Position numbers and translations under genes: made by a program. From the NCBI GenBank assembly GCA_027067575.1, contig JAMOVQ010000026.1, positions 1 to 59,146 on the forward strand: a stretch of DNA of 59,146 nucleotides, given 5' to 3'. This DNA comes from Thermoanaerobaculia bacterium (GTDB lineage Bacteria > Acidobacteriota > Thermoanaerobaculia > Thermoanaerobaculales > Sulfomarinibacteraceae). Below, piece by piece: positions 55,741-59,146 of the stretch; position 1 is the stretch's first letter; every line of letters begins with the position of its first letter. The notes below the pieces were generated by a model. It searched no databases. It was not told the DNA's origin and was given only the letters and a program-made list of their open reading frames with translations.

Positions 55741-57016
55741 CGGGTCCGGTGGGCGGCAGCCCCGCCGCCTGCCGCAGCACCTGCGCCGTCGCCCCGGCCG
55801 CACGGTCCCAGCGGAACAGCGCCGCCCGCACGCGGCCCGCCTCGCCGAGCCGCCGCCGGTGCTCCGGGTCGCGGACCAGTGCGAGCACCCCCGTTGCGAT
55901 CCCGTGAGGGCTCTCGGGATCGACGTAAACGGCAGCCGACCCGGCGACCTCGGGCATGGCGGAGCGGCCGGCGGTGACCACCGGCGTACCGCACGCCATC
56001 GCCTCCAGGAGCGGCAGCCCGAACCCCTCGAGCAGGGAAGGAAACAGCAGCGCCTCGGCGTTGGCGTACAGCGCGGGGAGCGCCTCCTGCTCCACGTAGT
56101 CCAGGTGGAGGATCCGGTCGCGGACGGGCGAGACATCGAGCTCCCGGCGGATCGACTCCGTCCGCCATCCCCAGCGCCCGACCAGGACCAGCGAGCCGGG
56201 GTAGCCCCACTCCACCACGAGGCGGAACGCCCTCAGCACGTTCGCCACGTTCTTCCGGGGCTCCAGCGTCGAGACGAACAGGAGGTACCGCTCCGGAACG
56301 CCGTCCGGCGGCTCCCCGGGGTCTCCGGAGAACGCCGGGTCGATCCCCTCGTGGACCGTGTGGACCCGGCGGCGCGGGACGCCCAGGCACTGGACCACAT
56401 CGCCTGCCGTCGCCTCGGAGACGGCGACGATCCGCTCGCTCCGGTACAGACTCGGCCCGAGGTTGCGCTCGAACTCGGCCAGCGTCTCCGGTGCAACGGT
56501 CTCCGGCATCGCCCGGAAGGCGAGGTCGTGGACCGTCGCCACAACCGTTCTGGCGAACGGCAGCTGCGTCCGGTGGGCGAAGAAGTTCGGCGCGAACAGC
56601 ACATCGTTCCCGTCGAGGACCCGCAGCAGTGGCTCCACAACGCCCTGGAGCACCGCCATGGCGGGGTGGACCGGCAGCAGGAACCCGGGAGGCAGGTGGT
56701 GCACGCGGAGGCGCATCCGCCGGGAGCCCGGCATCGGCGGCGGCGCAGGCTCCTCCGGCGCCAGGAACGTCCGGCCGTACAGGTTGAACTCGAGCCCGTC
56801 GCCGTCGCGCTCATCGAGCGCTGCCAGGAGGTTCCAGGCGTACCGCCCCACGCCGGTCATCCGCTCGAAGAACGGGAACACGTCCACGCCCACCACGGCG
56901 AGCGGCTCCCCGAGCACCGTCCTCCGGTGGAACCGCCGCCACCGGAGCGCCAGCGTCCCGGCGACGTCCTTCGCCAGGTGCCCCAGGAACCGCGCGGTCG
57001 CCGACAACCGACCCAT
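55724..57016 (-). CDS. Glycosyltransferase family 4
   Basis: TGVGRY, TVHDLAF, STLEPRKN, EGFGLPLLEAMACG. Confidence 0.9.
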   Translation of the reverse strand: MGRLSATARFLGHLAKDVAGTLALRWRRFHRRTVLGEPLAVVGVDVFPFFERMTGVGRYAWNLLAALDERDGDGLEFNLYGRTFLAPEEPAPPPMPGSRRMRLRVHHLPPGFLLPVHPAMAVLQGVVEPLLRVLDGNDVLFAPNFFAHRTQLPFARTVVATVHDLAFRAMPETVAPETLAEFERNLGPSLYRSERIVAVSEATAGDVVQCLGVPRRRVHTVHEGIDPAFSGDPGEPPDGVPERYLLFVSTLEPRKNVANVLRAFRLVVEWGYPGSLVLVGRWGWRTESIRRELDVSPVRDRILHLDYVEQEALPALYANAEALLFPSLLEGFGLPLLEAMACGTPVVTAGRSAMPEVAGSAAVYVDPESPHGIATGVLALVRDPEHRRRLGEAGRVRAALFRWDRAAGATAQVLRQAAGLPPTGPDEYRV

Positions 57017-57118
57017 TGCGCCAGATCATACACGAGGCCCGCCCCCCGACGGCCTCCCACGGCCGGCACGGTGCGGGGCGAACTACCGGCACCCACCCGG
57101 CGTCTCTCGCCCGCACCG

Positions 57119-57915
57119 TGTCATTGCGAGCCGGACTCCGTGAGGAGAACGGCGAAGCAATTCCTGGCAGCCTGGCGCGCTCCTCGGCCGTGTCGATCCG
57201 CCTCGCCGTGGGCCCAACCGGCGGCCGGCCCCCGCGCTTCGCGCGGGTGGTGCGCCCCGGCCTGCCGTCGCGGTGGAAGCGAGCTTCCACCGCGCCGTCC
57301 GGCCGTGCCGCTGGCGCCGCCTGCGGCGTCGCTGCCGGCCGCCTGGGCTTCGTTGAAGGGCGTTCGAGTCATCGACATTGGATGAACGGGGCCGCGAGTC
57401 TCGCACCCCGGGACCGCCCCCGCCGCGGTCGCTTCGTCGTCACGACCGCCAGGTCAGTTTCTCCTCGCGCCCTTGCGGGAACGGCCCCGGGGCTTGCCCT
57501 CGCCTCCGTCGCTGGACCGCCCCCGCCCCCACGCCGGCCCGTTCCTCGTGGGGCGCTCGATCGCTGGATGGTGAAGGGCTCCGTTGCGGGGACAGTCCCG
57601 ATCGTGAAGGGCCTGGTTCTCCGAAGCGCCAGCCGGGACGTCGCTTCGCTTGTCCCTGGGTGGATGGGTGAGTGGGGGCACCAGGTCGGGGTGCGTGGTT
57701 TCGGGCGAGGGGATGTGCTAATGGAGAGGAGCGTCCCGATCGTAAAGGCTGGGGTGTTGTGAGATGCCCACCGGGAGTCGGTTCCCGACGAAAAAGGGAC
57801 ACTGTTTATCTTGTGCCGCGCTTACGGGACGGTCTCGATCGTGATGGGTGGTGGTCTCCGGGGAGAGAAGTCGCGGATCTCGCACGTGCAGCAAGTGGGG
57901 ACACTCCCCATTTCT
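57119..57915 (+). repeat. Large mosaic intergenic repeat region (modules B, C, D, tandem A copies, GGGACAC motifs)
   Basis: B 57119-57180, C 57202-57247, D 57309-57343, A 57539-~57690, degenerate A cores at 57733 and 57832. GGGACACTGTTTAT at ~57796 and GGGGACACTCCC at ~57897. Confidence 0.88.
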
Positions 57916-57989
57916 CTGTGGATCCGATCAGCGAGGTGCAGCCCCAAGGAGCGCCCTATTTCCCGATGGTTTCCCCGTTCCGGCCGCGA

Positions 57990-58982
57990 TCAGGAGGAGG
58001 TGCCGGATGTGGCGTACCGGCGGGCGGCCTCGGCGTGCTCGCGGTGGATCGTCTCGCGGAGGCCGGCCGGCTCGAGGACCGTGCACGCCGCGCCCCAGCC
58101 GAGGATCCAGGGCACGAGCTCGGTGGCCGACGTGACCGTCAGGCCCAGCTCGAGGGAGCCGTCGGGCGCCTCGGCGAGGGTCTGGGAGGGGTGCCACCGC
58201 GTCTCCTGGACGAGCCCGGCGGCGTGGGGGGCGAACCGCAACCGGACGGTGACCGGCTCGTCGTCGGCGATCCAGACACCCCAGGAGCGCTCGACCCGGT
58301 CGAGGAGGGCCTCGACCGGTGGGGGGGTGAACGGCCGTTCCGTCACCCGGGATTCGGCGATCCGCTCGAGGCGGAGCACCCGGAGCCCTCCGGGGGGATC
58401 GAACCGGCCGACTGCGTAAAGGGCCGCGCCGACCACGGAGGGTTCCAGAAGGTACGGTTCGAAGAGCCCTTGCCGCTCCCCGGCGCCGGTGCGGGGCCTG
58501 TACCGGACCTCGACGGTCCGCCCCGTGGCCCATCCGTACGCGAGGTCCCGGAACGTCGCTGCGTGGCGGCTCCCGGCGCCGTCGATCCGGCCGGCGAGCC
58601 GCTCGAACGCCGTCTCCAGCTCGCGGGGCACGACACTGGCGAGCTTCCCGATCGCGCCGCGGAGGGCGCCACCGGGTTCCCCGGACCGGCGGGTGAGCCT
58701 CCGCACGGCGATGTAGACGGCGGTGGCCTCCTCGAGCTCGAACCGGACCGGCGGGATCGGGATCCGCGCCCCCTCCACGAGCCGCCACCCGGTCCCGCTG
58801 GCGTACACCGGGAGGCGGCCGGACGACGAGAGCTCGGTCAGGTACTTCCGGACGGTCCGGGGGTGGACGCCGAGCCGCTCGGCGATCTCCGCGGTCGTTC
58901 GCGTCCGGTACGGCTGCCGCGCGAACATCGTCTGGATCTCGATCAGCCTTCCGGCCTTCGTCAGTGCGTCACCGTAGACCAT
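57990..58982 (-). CDS. WYL-domain transcriptional regulator (wHTH-WYL-WCX)
   Basis: HTH TTAEIAERLGVHPRTVRKYL, EPYLLE..LYAVG, LRVLRLERI, WHPSQ, WILGWG..VLEP..LRE. Minus-strand TAGACT -10 and AGGGG RBS. Confidence 0.92.
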   Translation of the reverse strand: MVYGDALTKAGRLIEIQTMFARQPYRTRTTAEIAERLGVHPRTVRKYLTELSSSGRLPVYASGTGWRLVEGARIPIPPVRFELEEATAVYIAVRRLTRRSGEPGGALRGAIGKLASVVPRELETAFERLAGRIDGAGSRHAATFRDLAYGWATGRTVEVRYRPRTGAGERQGLFEPYLLEPSVVGAALYAVGRFDPPGGLRVLRLERIAESRVTERPFTPPPVEALLDRVERSWGVWIADDEPVTVRLRFAPHAAGLVQETRWHPSQTLAEAPDGSLELGLTVTSATELVPWILGWGAACTVLEPAGLRETIHREHAEAARRYATSGTSS

Positions 58983-59146
58983 CGCCCCGTTCCCCTGTCC
59001 CCAGTCTACCGCAGGCGTCCCCCCAGAATCCACCGCTAAGGGTTCGTCGATGGTGTGTAGGGGTTCCAGCCGTGGGGGGGGGCGGGGTTTGAAAGGGTGG
59101 TCAGTGGTTCAGAGGGCCTGGAGCGGTTGCATCTTGGGATTGTGTC

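Noticed and set aside
57016-57990. ORFs across the 57-kb gap (e.g. 57016-57762) and at 91-387 and 31652-32076
   Set aside because: They are translations of the repeat modules (recurring GTVPIV, CHCEPDS peptides) with no RBS or domain support.
59063-59095. GTT...TTGAAAG 33-mer as a CRISPR repeat
   Set aside because: Single copy with a G homopolymer and no second matching unit. Kept only as a weak note under the WYL finding.

Overview
Very GC-rich chromosomal segment from a diderm (lpxC-containing) bacterium. Gene content and order suggest Acidobacteriota, possibly Thermoanaerobaculia-like; this is inference. About 39 credible CDS. Housekeeping genes: HU, uvrA, smpB, lpxC, xerC, rpsU, mutS2, dnaG. 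Signalling: DUF4390-ntrY-ntrX, an HD-GYP protein, a hybrid kinase, an ECF sigma/ZAS-FecR anti-sigma pair and a WYL regulator. Envelope glycosylation: rfbB, rfbD, a GDP-sugar SDR, four GT4, a GT2 and a WcaJ-like transferase. There is also a 4-gene ABC exporter and a ~4,016-aa isopeptide/DUF11-repeat surface protein with an IPTL-CTERM-like anchor. Highlights: (1) a phytol-kinase (VTE5-like)/DUF92 (VTE6-like) fusion next to a UbiA prenyltransferase with homogentisate-phytyltransferase/DGGGP-synthase-type motifs and a PqqD protein, a candidate isoprenol salvage-and-prenylation module; (2) a catalytically dead Ser/Thr pseudokinase fused via a TM helix and a TolA-like stalk to a TonB C-terminal domain; (3) a family of modular, shuffled intergenic repeats at 5 loci; (4) sigma-54-type promoters before lpxC and the giant gene, plus many apparently leaderless genes; (5) a WYL gene at the right edge with a possible CRISPR leader that cannot be confirmed. 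No rRNA, tRNA, transposase or CRISPR array is visible. All family assignments come from motif recognition by eye, not database searches.
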